This document shows positions 29,781 to 38,664 of a DNA stretch of 64,000 nt, piece after piece. Source of the stretch: an uncultured Clostridia bacterium (GTDB lineage: Bacteria; Bacillota; Clostridia; Oscillospirales; Acutalibacteraceae); the NCBI GenBank assembly GCA_947628665.1, contig CANRAU010000004.1:38359-102358 (forward strand). Direction: 5' to 3'. The position numbers were made by a program, and so were the translations under genes. The notes below the pieces were generated by a model. That model did not search any database and had not been told where the DNA came from. It was given only the letters and a program-made list of their open reading frames with translations. Each line of letters begins with the position of its first letter. The stretch's first letter is position 1.

Positions 29781-29804
29781 GCTTTTGCTTTTGCTTTTGC
29801 TTTT
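29775..29804. repeat. hexanucleotide microsatellite (GCTTTT)x5
   Basis: Five perfect tandem GCTTTT units span 29775-29804, followed by a degenerate GTGTTT unit. The repeat overlaps the terminator 3' arm. Confidence 0.9.
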
Positions 29805-29905
29805 GTGTTTCCTGCGTTTTCGCCATGTTCGGTGCGGGAAAGCCGCATTGCACAAAAAAAGCTGTCTGCTTTGATAAAGTTTAAACAAATTGAAACTTTT
29901 AAATG

Positions 29906-29933
29906 GTTGCATTTGAGACAAAAAGCGATATAA
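29906..29933 (+). promoter_or_regulatory. candidate sigma-A-type promoter
   Basis: TTGCAT (29906-29911), 16 nt, TATAAT (29928-29933), about 100 nt upstream of the ATG at 30036. Confidence 0.4.
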
Positions 29934-30035
29934 TGGTACTGTAAGCTGACAAGCATCGCAGAAATCTGCATATCCTGTAACAGGAGGAAAAATAAAGCAC
30001 AAGAAGCGATAAAAAAATTGAAAGAGGAGAGTTAT

Positions 30036-30661
30036 ATGACGAAAGCAAAATTCAATTTTTATCAATATGTGTGGATATTTATCGCCGGCTGTTATTTGGG
30101 CTATGGTGTGGAAACCATTTGGTGCCTCATCCGAAACGGCTTCATAGAAAGCAGAAAATCTCTGGTTTTGGGTCATCTTAGCATCGCATACGGCATGGGA
30201 GCCGTGTTGCTCACCCTTTTGCTTGTGCGCTTTCAAAACGAATCCGTATGGAAAATATTTTTGGTCGCGTTTGCCAGCGGTACGGTCGTGGAATACATTT
30301 GCTCTCTGGGGCAGGAAATCTGCTTCGGGTCTGTCGCCTGGGATTACAGCGATCTGCCGCTGAACATCAACGGCAGGGTCTGTCTCATCTATTCCCTCTT
30401 TTGGGGATTCCTTGGTCTTGCATGGGTCAAGTTTGTGATCCCCTTGATGAGCAGGATATTCCAATCGGTGCATATTCCGTTCAGCAAAGCCATTGTTTGG
30501 GCGTTCATCGCTTTCTTTTTATTGGATGCGGGGCTGTCCGCATGGAAAAACGGGATAACGGCATAGCGCCGAGAAATCGTTTTGAACAGTTCTTAGATTT
30601 GCACTATGATGATGAAACCATGCATAATATCTATGCCAATTCCAAAAGCGTAGAAAAATAA
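30036..30661 (+). pseudogene. polytopic membrane protein (putative ABC-transporter type IV / PF06541-like) interrupted by a -1 frameshift at an A5 run
   Basis: The ATG at 30036 is preceded by GAGGAG. Frame 0 ends WKNGITA* at 30566. The -1 frame continues (E)KRDNGIAPRNRFEQFLDLHYDDETMHNIYANSKSVEK to 30661, and a terminator follows. One extra A in the run at 30546-30550 would fuse the two frames. Confidence 0.5.
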
Positions 30662-30712
30662 GGCGGTTTTGCCGCTTGCACGAAGCCGCTTTGCAGTATC
30701 CGCCATTTTATA

Positions 30713-30745
30713 CGCGCCGACTGATTTTCAGTCGGCGCGTTTTTT
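30713..30745 (+). terminator. rho-independent terminator
   Basis: A 12-bp stem CGCGCCGACTGA/TCAGTCGGCGCG is followed by TTTTTT at 30740-30745. Confidence 0.7.
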
Positions 30746-30880
30746 ATATGGCTTCTGCAAAATGCCCATTGACATGGGCAGTCCTCGCAAAGAACAAGGC
30801 TGAAAGCCGAAGCCTCCAGCCCATAGCTCGGAAATATAAAATCCAAATCCCTTATTTGATTTTCCGCGCCGATGCTCTTT

Positions 30881-31312
30881 TTACTTTTTACGGTTGCATT
30901 GCTTATCAAAGCTCGGATTGAAGGCGTAGAAGTTCTTCTCATTCAGCCGATCGGTCGCCAAACGCAAGCCCTCGCCGAAGCGCTGGTAATGCACGATCTC
31001 GCGTTCGCGCAGGAATTTGATCGGATCGCGCACATCGGGATCGTCAACCAGACGCAGGATATTGTCATAGGTCGTTCTGGCCTTTTGCTCAGCCGCCAAA
31101 TCTTCGTGCAGATCGGTGATGACGTCGCCCTTGCTCTGAATATATGCGGCCGTGAACGGTACGCCTGCCGCAGACGAAGGATATACGCCTGTGGTATGAT
31201 CGACAAAGTAGGCGTCAAATCCGCATTTCTTGATTTGCTCGTCGCTGAGACTGCGCGTCAGCTGATAAACGATCGCACCGATCATTTCCAAATGTCCCAG
31301 TTCTTCCGTACC
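30881..31312 (-). CDS. cotJC: cotJC 3' segment (codons about 62-204 of a Mn-catalase-family spore coat protein), separated from its 5' segment by the inserted element
   Basis: From G-TEELGHLEMIGAIVYQL onward it matches the CotJC/Mn-catalase family (AAGVPFTAAYIQSKGD, EDLAAEQKARTTY, FLREREIVHYQRF). The 40 in-frame codons upstream (31313-31432) are unrelated and lie inside the element. Confidence 0.85.
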   Translation of the reverse strand, partial: GTEELGHLEMIGAIVYQLTRSLSDEQIKKCGFDAYFVDHTTGVYPSSAAGVPFTAAYIQSKGDVITDLHEDLAAEQKARTTYDNILRLVDDPDVRDPIKFLREREIVHYQRFGEGLRLATDRLNEKNFYAFNPSFDKQCNRKK

Positions 31313-31331
31313 CAGAGAAGCATCGAAAATG
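31291..31331. repeat. attL-like junction (host cotJC / element left end)
   Basis: The plus strand reads AATGTCCCAGTTCTTCCG-TACC-C-AGAGAAGCATCGAAAATG. TACC (31309-31312) is repeated at 41244-41247. The arm at 31314-31331 is the inverted partner of 41227-41244. Confidence 0.7.
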
Positions 31332-31481
31332 TTCCACAGGCCCAAAATGGCGGACAAGCCCCTTATTTTGGCTTTCCGGTACATACCTTTACGACCTCGG
31401 ATAAGGTTTGGCTGTAACACCCCTACTGCCAAGTCTGTAGTGGACTTTCACCACCAAGTTGTAATGCGCGCCGAGCGCACA

Positions 31482-31521
31482 AAGAAAGGGGCTGTATCAA
31501 AACCCCTTTCTTGTGTTTTTT
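31482..31521 (+). terminator. rho-independent terminator just inside the element left end
   Basis: A 10-bp stem AAGAAAGGGG/CCCCTTTCTT with an 11-nt loop is followed by GTGTTTTTT. Confidence 0.65.
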
Positions 31522-31553
31522 ATTTGGCAAAATCTTCTTCCGCATACCGTCGC

Positions 31554-32702
31554 GTTTTTCTACCTTATGAAATTACACTACTCTCAAACTAAAGAACTTC
31601 GTAAAAGATGACCTTCTCGTTTGTCTACCTTATGAAATTACACTACTCTCAAACCATAGCAACACAGTATTATGATCAGCTTGGTTTGTCTACCTTATGA
31701 AATTACACTACTCTCAAACGAAGCACGCACCGCCGACGTTCCACGGCAAGTTTGTCTACCTTATGAAATTACACTACTCTCAAACTGAAGTGATAGGGTC
31801 TTTCGAGAATACTAGTTTTTCTACCTTATGAAATTACACTACTCTCAAACAGTACTGGATTTTCCCGTATTGGTTCGTGTTTTTCTACCTTATGAAATTA
31901 CACTACTCTCAAACCCGTTTACGTTATTTTCAAGGCTCAAACCCGTTTTTCTACCTTATGAAATTACACTACTCTCAAACAGAATGTGAAAAGCTGAAAT
32001 TTTCTTCGGGTTTTTCTACCTTATGAAATTACACTACTCTCAAACTCGCTTACACATATTCTGCATATGGTAGCGGTTTTTCTACCTTATGAAATTACAC
32101 TACTCTCAAACCGGTTCGGATTGTTTGCAAAGTATTCATCGTTTTTCTACCTTATGAAATTACACTACTCTCAAACGACATTGCTAGTGTTATGGAAAAC
32201 GAGCCTGTTTTTCTACCTTATGAAATTACACTACTCTCAAACACTCATATGCAAAAACCGTCGACGACGCAAGTTTTTCTACCTTATGAAATTACACTAC
32301 TCTCAAACACTCATATGCAAAAACCGTCGACGACGCAAGTTTTTCTACCTTATGAAATTACACTACTCTCAAACTACCGCGAGGTCACACAAGCGATCAC
32401 GCCGGTTTTTCTACCTTATGAAATTACACTACTCTCAAACAGCCCTGTTCAAGTCGATGTTGACGGTGAGTTTTTCTACCTTATGAAATTACACTACTCT
32501 CAAACTGACTTCCGCAAATTTTTGCTTTAACCCTTGTTTTTCTACCTTATGAAATTACACTACTCTCAAACTGGCGCGTCTGTTTTCACAACTGAAATAG
32601 GTTTTTCTACCTTATGAAATTACACTACTCTCAAACCACATACCCATATGTTGCGTTGTGCGTCGAGTTTTTCTACCTTATGAAATTACACTACTCTCAA
32701 AC
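31554..32702 (-). CRISPR. CRISPR array, 18 repeats of 36 nt and 17 spacers of 28-30 nt
   Basis: The plus-strand repeat is GTTTTTCTACCTTATGAAATTACACTACTCTCAAAC, which in crRNA sense is GTTTGAGAGTAGTGTAATTTCATAAGGTAGAAAAAC. Repeat starts are 31554, 31619, 31684, 31750, 31815, 31879, 31945, 32010, 32076, 32141, 32207, 32273, 32339, 32405, 32470, 32536, 32601 and 32667. Minus-strand transcription is inferred from cas gene orientation and the tracrRNA anti-repeat. Confidence 0.97.
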
Positions 32703-32787
32703 CTCAAATCGCACAGGAGAATAAACGGCGGACACTACAAACCGTCGGGCAATTTCATAAGATAATTATATAATAAAACAATTCTTA
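32703..32787 (-). promoter_or_regulatory. CRISPR leader
   Basis: An 85-nt AT-rich spacer lies between the csn2 stop and the first repeat. The last leader bases in crRNA sense read ...GCGATTTGAG immediately before GTTTGAGAG. Confidence 0.6.
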
Positions 32788-33459
32788 TCATTTTTCAACT
32801 ATTTCACACAGATCACTGTCAACTATATACACCGCCTCCTTAAGCAAATTTCCAAAGCATTTTTTGTTTTCTATCAAAAGAATGTTAACATTCTGATAAA
32901 CAAGCTCGCTGAAAAAAAGTTCCAACTCTCCAGGCGTAAAGCAACTGTGCATGTTCAAAAACACAAAGCATTTGACCGAAGTGTATTTTTTCATAAGTTT
33001 AACAAATTCAAGGACCTTCTCAGGTATATCTTCGTTTCCGAGATCCGGCTTAAGGCATTGAATTTTAAATAGATCGGCAAGATCCAGTTCTTCCTTAAAA
33101 GTAAAATCACAGTCAAAACTCTCGTTTAACTTTTCAAGAAAAGTAAGAACATCGGCTTTTAGCGTAGCTGTTTGATCAATCATATAATTACATGCATAGA
33201 ATGTAAAATCTTCATACAGTTTCTTTATAAGAGAAGAAGAAAAATCAAGGCTGTAAAGATTAGGCACAAAACAAACATTACCCTTAAATCTCAGAGGTTC
33301 ATAGTTTTCGGAAAACACTATGCCGCAGTTTTTCGGGCATTCGGAAAATAAATTTACCACCGTATTTCTGTACAGTCTCTGATTTTCAATATACAGTGAA
33401 CTTGCTTTTTCCGACGAAAGCTCTATCGGTTCGGATAAAAAGTCAAAACTTACCATCAT
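32788..33459 (-). CDS. csn2: Csn2 (type II-A marker protein)
   Basis: 223 aa. It occupies the position after cas2 and before the array, and its size and acidic, Phe/Leu-rich composition are typical of short Csn2 proteins. It overlaps the cas2 stop by 4 nt. Confidence 0.75.
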   Translation of the reverse strand: MMVSFDFLSEPIELSSEKASSLYIENQRLYRNTVVNLFSECPKNCGIVFSENYEPLRFKGNVCFVPNLYSLDFSSSLIKKLYEDFTFYACNYMIDQTATLKADVLTFLEKLNESFDCDFTFKEELDLADLFKIQCLKPDLGNEDIPEKVLEFVKLMKKYTSVKCFVFLNMHSCFTPGELELFFSELVYQNVNILLIENKKCFGNLLKEAVYIVDSDLCEIVEK

Positions 33460-33776
33460 AATATTAAAAGCCTTTCATCGCTGTCAACAACATTGCCAAC
33501 GCTTTTTCCGGATATTATTTCCATTTTAGAATACTGCTTTTCCGTTATGGAAAGTATATACACTATACCTTTTTCCGGCTGCGCTTTTTTAACATCGGTA
33601 ACTATCTGCACAACCTGCGTTGAATTAAGGGCAAGCTTGGAATAAACGGATTCCTGTATCATCATAAAACCGCCTTTTATAAGAAATCTTCTGAATTTAC
33701 TGTAATTTCGCCTGTCGGCAGCCGTTTCCGTGGGCAAATCAAAAAATACCAAAACTCTCATAAATCTATAACTCAT
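33456..33776 (-). CDS. cas2: Cas2
   Basis: 106 aa. The sequence begins MSYRFMRVLVFFDLPTET...IQESVYSK, typical of type II Cas2. Confidence 0.9.
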   Translation of the reverse strand: MSYRFMRVLVFFDLPTETAADRRNYSKFRRFLIKGGFMMIQESVYSKLALNSTQVVQIVTDVKKAQPEKGIVYILSITEKQYSKMEIISGKSVGNVVDSDERLLIL

Positions 33777-34644
33777 AGCTGTAAAATCTTATAAGCGCCG
33801 TATCTTCGCTTTCAACAGCATCAAAAACACTTTTTGAATAAATTTTAATTGTGTTGAGTAGGGATTGCTTTTTTCCGTCAACAATGAATTCCTCACTTAA
33901 AAGCCTGAGAATCCGTTTCTTTTCCTCACTTTCAAATTTTTCGGGAGAAAGTGATTTTACCGCCCTGTCGATTATCGGACGAAAAGGTTCCATAATATCA
34001 CAGCCCAAATTAAACTGATTGAACATATTGTTGTGATGCAAACCGAGCATCGTTGAATATCCGCAGCACACTATTTCCCGGTTAAAGCAAGAAAGAATAA
34101 TGCTGTAGCCGTAGTTAAGAGCGGCATTTACAGGGCACTCATCGCTTCTTGAAAATTTTTTGCCAAAAAGAGCATTAAAATACACTTTGGCGGAATGCCC
34201 CTCCCGATTTGTTTCGTCGTTAAATTCGATTCCATCAATATACGAATACAGTTTTGATGCCTCGGGAATTTTAAAATACTCCAGATTCATAGCCTGCATT
34301 TTTATTTTCTGTGTAACGATGGCCGTCCAAACTGCCTGCTTTGAAAGCTCGCTCCATGCAAGCTGATTTCTGAATTTCAGCGAGCAATCGTGGCAACCGT
34401 AATATGAAACGAGCTCCGACGAAGGATTTTGCTTTTCATCGCAAAAAATCACCTTTATTTTTTGCTTTGTCAACTCGCTCAACAAAGCGGCTGTAACGGA
34501 GGACGCGGTATTTTCAATGATAAGCACCGATATTTCGCTTATATGCACGCGAACGGAACCTTCGGCATCGCGCACCACCATATATCCGAGCCTTAAATCA
34601 AGCTTTGATGATTTTGAAACTACCACAGTCCTCCAGCCCATCAT
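33766..34644 (-). CDS. cas1: Cas1
   Basis: 292 aa. Motifs are GWRTVVVS...LDLRLGYMVV and a C-terminal NAALNYGYSI...DIMEPFRPIID. Confidence 0.9.
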   Translation of the reverse strand: MMGWRTVVVSKSSKLDLRLGYMVVRDAEGSVRVHISEISVLIIENTASSVTAALLSELTKQKIKVIFCDEKQNPSSELVSYYGCHDCSLKFRNQLAWSELSKQAVWTAIVTQKIKMQAMNLEYFKIPEASKLYSYIDGIEFNDETNREGHSAKVYFNALFGKKFSRSDECPVNAALNYGYSIILSCFNREIVCCGYSTMLGLHHNNMFNQFNLGCDIMEPFRPIIDRAVKSLSPEKFESEEKKRILRLLSEEFIVDGKKQSLLNTIKIYSKSVFDAVESEDTALIRFYSYEL

Positions 34645-34658
34645 TTTTTCTCCTTATT

Positions 34659-37600
34659 TCAACGAATTTTCATCAGATCAACTTCCTGCTCATAAAGCCC
34701 TGTTACGGATTGATTGATCAGCTTTGCAGAGCTGTAGCCCGATTGCAATTTATTGCTTATAGACGTTACGCCGCATTTTTTGGCCTCGCCCAACAATGTT
34801 AAATCTCCAATCATAACATTGGCGTGCAGAATATTCAGAATTTGCTTTATTACGCAACACTGCTGATACAGCGAAAGCACGCAAAAGTCTTCTTTTTTAT
34901 TCCGGAGCTTTTTACCGAGACTTGCAAATTTTGACTTGAATACGGTGTTTACCATTTTATCGGTTATCGTATTAAAAATATCCATATTCTTTTCCGCCTC
35001 GATTCCGTCATAGGCGGTTATTTCTTTTTCCTTTTTGATCTCATCGCATTTATTAAGATAGTTCATTATTGTTTTTACATACGATTCCCGCTCATCGCCA
35101 AGAACAAGCTGAACAGCAGGCTTGCAGACAATTTGTGATCCTCCATTGCTTTTTGAGCTTATATGCATTCTGAAGCCGTCAATGCTTATAAGCGCGTTAT
35201 ATTTTACACAAGGGATAAGTATTTTTACCGTATCTTTTTCAACACCGAGCCTTTCGGCGATGAATGCAACGGGGTCGGTAGTATATTCATTTTCTCTATA
35301 CTTATCCACAGGCTCAAAGGAGCGAATCTTTTTGCCTTTTTTATCCGTATATGCAACAAATGCAAAAAACGACGATGACGGAGCATTGTATCCGCCATAT
35401 TTTTCTATAGCAAGGCCTTTTTTGCGTTCCACCTGACCAAAGCCTTTTTTCAACGGATTCTGATCAAACAAACCACCCTGTTGTTTAAAGGCATATCGCG
35501 TGAATCTTACATTGTTTTTTGCCATAGTCGATCTTACCACACTGATCGATTTGTTGTTTTCTGTTTCCCACGCGCCCTTTGTCGGATAGTCAAACATTCT
35601 GTTAAAGCTTTGACGACCGCTTAGAATATCGGAATAAAACTTATGACTTGAAGCCTTTACCGTGTAAACGTTGCCTACAACGATATTGAGATATGCATCT
35701 TTTGCATGGTGAATATCGTTCACTTCTCTGCATTTCGGCATTTTAAAATCTTTTCTGAAATCGGACACAAGCCCCGCTTTTATATACTCCACGTCCGTTT
35801 CGGGGTAGCGTTTTTTCAAAAGCTGTGCCACCGCCTTTGTGGACTGCCTTGTTTCAACAAGCTGCCTGGATATAAATTCGTTTAATTCCTCTTCGGAAAG
35901 CGGCGTGTTTCTTACAAGGCGTTCAAATTTTCGCTTGCTGATGAGTTCCTTTGAGAGAAGCAGTTTCCAAAACGAGCGCATTTTTTCTCTGATTTCAGGG
36001 ATTATCGGATAATCATCTCCTTTCTTTTGATTCGCATCTTTGGAAACAAGCACTCTGTTGTCAATGCTGTCATCCTTTAGCTTAGAGCGCGGGAAAATAT
36101 GGTCTATATCATAGTTCGTGCTTAATTCGTCAAGATTTATGCATTCACCGGTATACATACACTTGCCGAACTGTGCGTAATACAGATAGAGAGCGTCGCG
36201 CTGCAAATCGTTTTCATTGGTATTTTTAAGGTTCTCATAAAGCTCTCCCTGTTCCTCTCCGCATTTTTTGTAGAGTTCGATCAAGCTTTGCTTTCTTGAT
36301 ATTTTTCTTTCCTTTTTGCCTTCAAAGCGCGTGACCTCGACGAATATCTTTTCGGGCGCGCCGCCCTGAATTTTTACGATTTCCTCAACTATCTGCATCG
36401 TCTGATAAATCGGCCTTTTTATTTTTGGCGAGACATACAGATCTTCAACCTCCTGCTTAAGCGAAGTAAATGCGCCAGCACCGTTTTCTCTGTCTATATT
36501 TTCTCTGAATTGATAATTTTTGCTGAGCAGTTTCATAAGATTGTCGTTTGTTTCCCAAAGGGCGTGTATAATGTTTGTCACCTCGCCGGTTTCGGGCAAA
36601 ACGCTTTCTATCCCTGTAAGCAGTTTTCGGGAAAGCCTGCTCCAGCCTGTAAATTTCAGCCTGCAAAGCTTAGTGATCTCTTCATCCGTTAATCTGCCGC
36701 CGTAATTCTTTTGAATCCTTTTTTTCAGCAGCTTTTTATCATCTCCGAATATAGTTATCGATTTTATGATATCTTCTTTGTCGCTGTCCGGCAGGCCGAT
36801 GAAATCAAGCTCCCTGTATGCCTTCAAACTGCTTTTGAAATCGCCGTCAACGCCCGAAATTACAACGTTTTCAAGCCCTTTTGCTCTGAAATAATCTACA
36901 AGCGCTTTATACGTGACCTTGTTTTTGCGCATAAACAAATCTCTGTATATCGACTGTTTCATTTCAACCGTGATCGGTTCACCGTCGGCTTTCAGATTGT
37001 TTAGCTCATTGAGCACCATATACGATGAATACAAAAGAGAGTTTTTGGGAATGACGTCCTCTTTAGGAAGATACGTGCATTTGCTTGTAAGATTATCTAT
37101 AAACTTTTCGGCGCTTGCATCGGTATCGACCACCTTTTCAAAATTCCACGGATATATTTTTTCTTTCGTTCTCACAAGCCAGTGCTTCTCGCTGTGTTCA
37201 TTGAGCGGGCCAACATAATAAGGTACTCTGAAACTGAATATATCGATTATCTTTTCGCTTACGGTTTTGCCGCTTTCATCCAATTCTTTAAGGAACGGTA
37301 GATATTCTTGCGCGTTTTTCAGTATCGCCTTAAGCTCTTCCCTGTTTATCTGCATAGGAATAACGGAATTGTTCTTGGTAACGTCCTTGGGCATAAATGT
37401 GCCTGCGTCTATTTCAGCAAACATTTTTACATATTTTTCATCCACGTCATCTTTTGGAAGCTGCTTTTTCAAAAATTCGCAGAAAAGTTCCTGCGAGCAT
37501 TTTTTCATAACCGGCTGTTTACTCGAATGCCCGGAATAAGCAAGATAATTATTCGTACCGCTTACATTTTCGTTAAATATCAAGTCATACTTTTCGGGCG

Positions 37601-38615
37601 CAAAAGCTTTTACATATTCTTTCAGCAATTTAAGATCGCTTTTGTGCTTGTTATATTCGTTTACCTTTGCAAAGGAGATATATTTTTTCCCGCCGTATAC
37701 ATCAGCATCGCCGCATATATCGGCAAGAACAGCCCAATCGTAAAGCGCTTTCAACTTTTCTATCAATTCAAACCTTTCACCGAAAAAGCTCTCATATATA
37801 TCGTGCTTTTCATCATAGCCGTTTTTGAAAGAAACGGTTTTTGCATCGGTCTTGTCAAATTCATCGGTTTGAAAAATGTTCTTGGCGTTGACTTTGGCTC
37901 CCGAAAGGAGATTCAGCAAGGCTGTCTCAAACGAATTTTCTTTTTTGCTCAATCCTAATTCCTTTATCAGCGCCTCGCTTTTTTGTTTTATTCCCAACGA
38001 ACGATCTTTCAGTATATCTTCTACAGACGATAAGTTTTCAGCATAAAGTTCGGAATCGTAATTATCCCTCAGATATGTATTTAGTTCTCTCCAAATCGCG
38101 GAAAAATCATTGTTGCCTGTTCCGAGATCATCGCTTTCAAAAAGAAAATGTCCTCTGTTTTTTACAATATGGCTAACCACAAGATAAACGAGCCTTACAT
38201 CGTGCGCAGCCGGATTAACGATCAATTCTTTGCGCAGATGATATATGGTAGGATATTCTTTATGATATTCCTTATCCGTATAATTCTTATCATTAAACAG
38301 GGAATATCTTCCTTCAACAGTCTTATCACCGTCATACAAGGCACTGTCCTTAAGCCTTTGAAAAAAGGATATATCGACTTTAGCGATTTCTTTATTAAAC
38401 AGCATTTCAAGGCATTCGAGCCTGAATTTGCTTCGCTGCCTTCTTCTGCGATCGCTTCTGTAACCTCTTCGTTCCGCCGCAGTCTCACCGCCGTCAAAAA
38501 GCCTTATCCCCCACATTGCGTTTCCCTTGAATTTTGGGATATGGTACTCCTCATCGGTAACCGCCCAGCCTATGGAATCCGTGCCTATATCGAGTCCCAA
38601 ATAATATTTTTCCAT
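34659..38615 (-). CDS. cas9: Cas9 (type II-A)
   Basis: The start is set at the ATG at 38615 (AGGGGGAG RBS). RuvC-I is YYLGLDIGTDSIGWAV, HNH is YDIDHIFPRSKLKDDSIDNRVLV, and RuvC-III is DIHHAKDAYLNIVVG. Length is about 1318 aa. Confidence 0.95.
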   Translation of the reverse strand: MEKYYLGLDIGTDSIGWAVTDEEYHIPKFKGNAMWGIRLFDGGETAAERRGYRSDRRRRQRSKFRLECLEMLFNKEIAKVDISFFQRLKDSALYDGDKTVEGRYSLFNDKNYTDKEYHKEYPTIYHLRKELIVNPAAHDVRLVYLVVSHIVKNRGHFLFESDDLGTGNNDFSAIWRELNTYLRDNYDSELYAENLSSVEDILKDRSLGIKQKSEALIKELGLSKKENSFETALLNLLSGAKVNAKNIFQTDEFDKTDAKTVSFKNGYDEKHDIYESFFGERFELIEKLKALYDWAVLADICGDADVYGGKKYISFAKVNEYNKHKSDLKLLKEYVKAFAPEKYDLIFNENVSGTNNYLAYSGHSSKQPVMKKCSQELFCEFLKKQLPKDDVDEKYVKMFAEIDAGTFMPKDVTKNNSVIPMQINREELKAILKNAQEYLPFLKELDESGKTVSEKIIDIFSFRVPYYVGPLNEHSEKHWLVRTKEKIYPWNFEKVVDTDASAEKFIDNLTSKCTYLPKEDVIPKNSLLYSSYMVLNELNNLKADGEPITVEMKQSIYRDLFMRKNKVTYKALVDYFRAKGLENVVISGVDGDFKSSLKAYRELDFIGLPDSDKEDIIKSITIFGDDKKLLKKRIQKNYGGRLTDEEITKLCRLKFTGWSRLSRKLLTGIESVLPETGEVTNIIHALWETNDNLMKLLSKNYQFRENIDRENGAGAFTSLKQEVEDLYVSPKIKRPIYQTMQIVEEIVKIQGGAPEKIFVEVTRFEGKKERKISRKQSLIELYKKCGEEQGELYENLKNTNENDLQRDALYLYYAQFGKCMYTGECINLDELSTNYDIDHIFPRSKLKDDSIDNRVLVSKDANQKKGDDYPIIPEIREKMRSFWKLLLSKELISKRKFERLVRNTPLSEEELNEFISRQLVETRQSTKAVAQLLKKRYPETDVEYIKAGLVSDFRKDFKMPKCREVNDIHHAKDAYLNIVVGNVYTVKASSHKFYSDILSGRQSFNRMFDYPTKGAWETENNKSISVVRSTMAKNNVRFTRYAFKQQGGLFDQNPLKKGFGQVERKKGLAIEKYGGYNAPSSSFFAFVAYTDKKGKKIRSFEPVDKYRENEYTTDPVAFIAERLGVEKDTVKILIPCVKYNALISIDGFRMHISSKSNGGSQIVCKPAVQLVLGDERESYVKTIMNYLNKCDEIKKEKEITAYDGIEAEKNMDIFNTITDKMVNTVFKSKFASLGKKLRNKKEDFCVLSLYQQCCVIKQILNILHANVMIGDLTLLGEAKKCGVTSISNKLQSGYSSAKLINQSVTGLYEQEVDLMKIR

Positions 38616-38629
38616 TCTTAAACTCCCCC

Positions 38630-38658
38630 TTGACAAAGCAAGAATTATGGATTATACT
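38630..38658 (+). promoter_or_regulatory. consensus sigma-A promoter of the tracrRNA, divergent from cas9
   Basis: TTGACA (38630-38635), 17 nt, TATACT (38653-38658). The -35 box lies 15 nt upstream of the cas9 ATG on the opposite strand. Confidence 0.65.
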
Positions 38659-38664
38659 TAAGGT

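Noticed and set aside
30881-31432. Reading 30881-31432 as an independent, complete Mn-catalase/CotJC paralogue
   Set aside because: Its first 40 codons are unrelated to the family and start at a TTG with no RBS. The missing ~62 N-terminal residues are found exactly at 41245-41430 and join in frame.
32067-32530. ORFs of 139 and 112 aa on the plus strand inside the CRISPR array (repetitive FFYLMKLHYSQT / FLPYEITLLSN peptides)
   Set aside because: Their periodic sequence is simply the translated 36-nt repeat. They are artefacts of the array, not genes.
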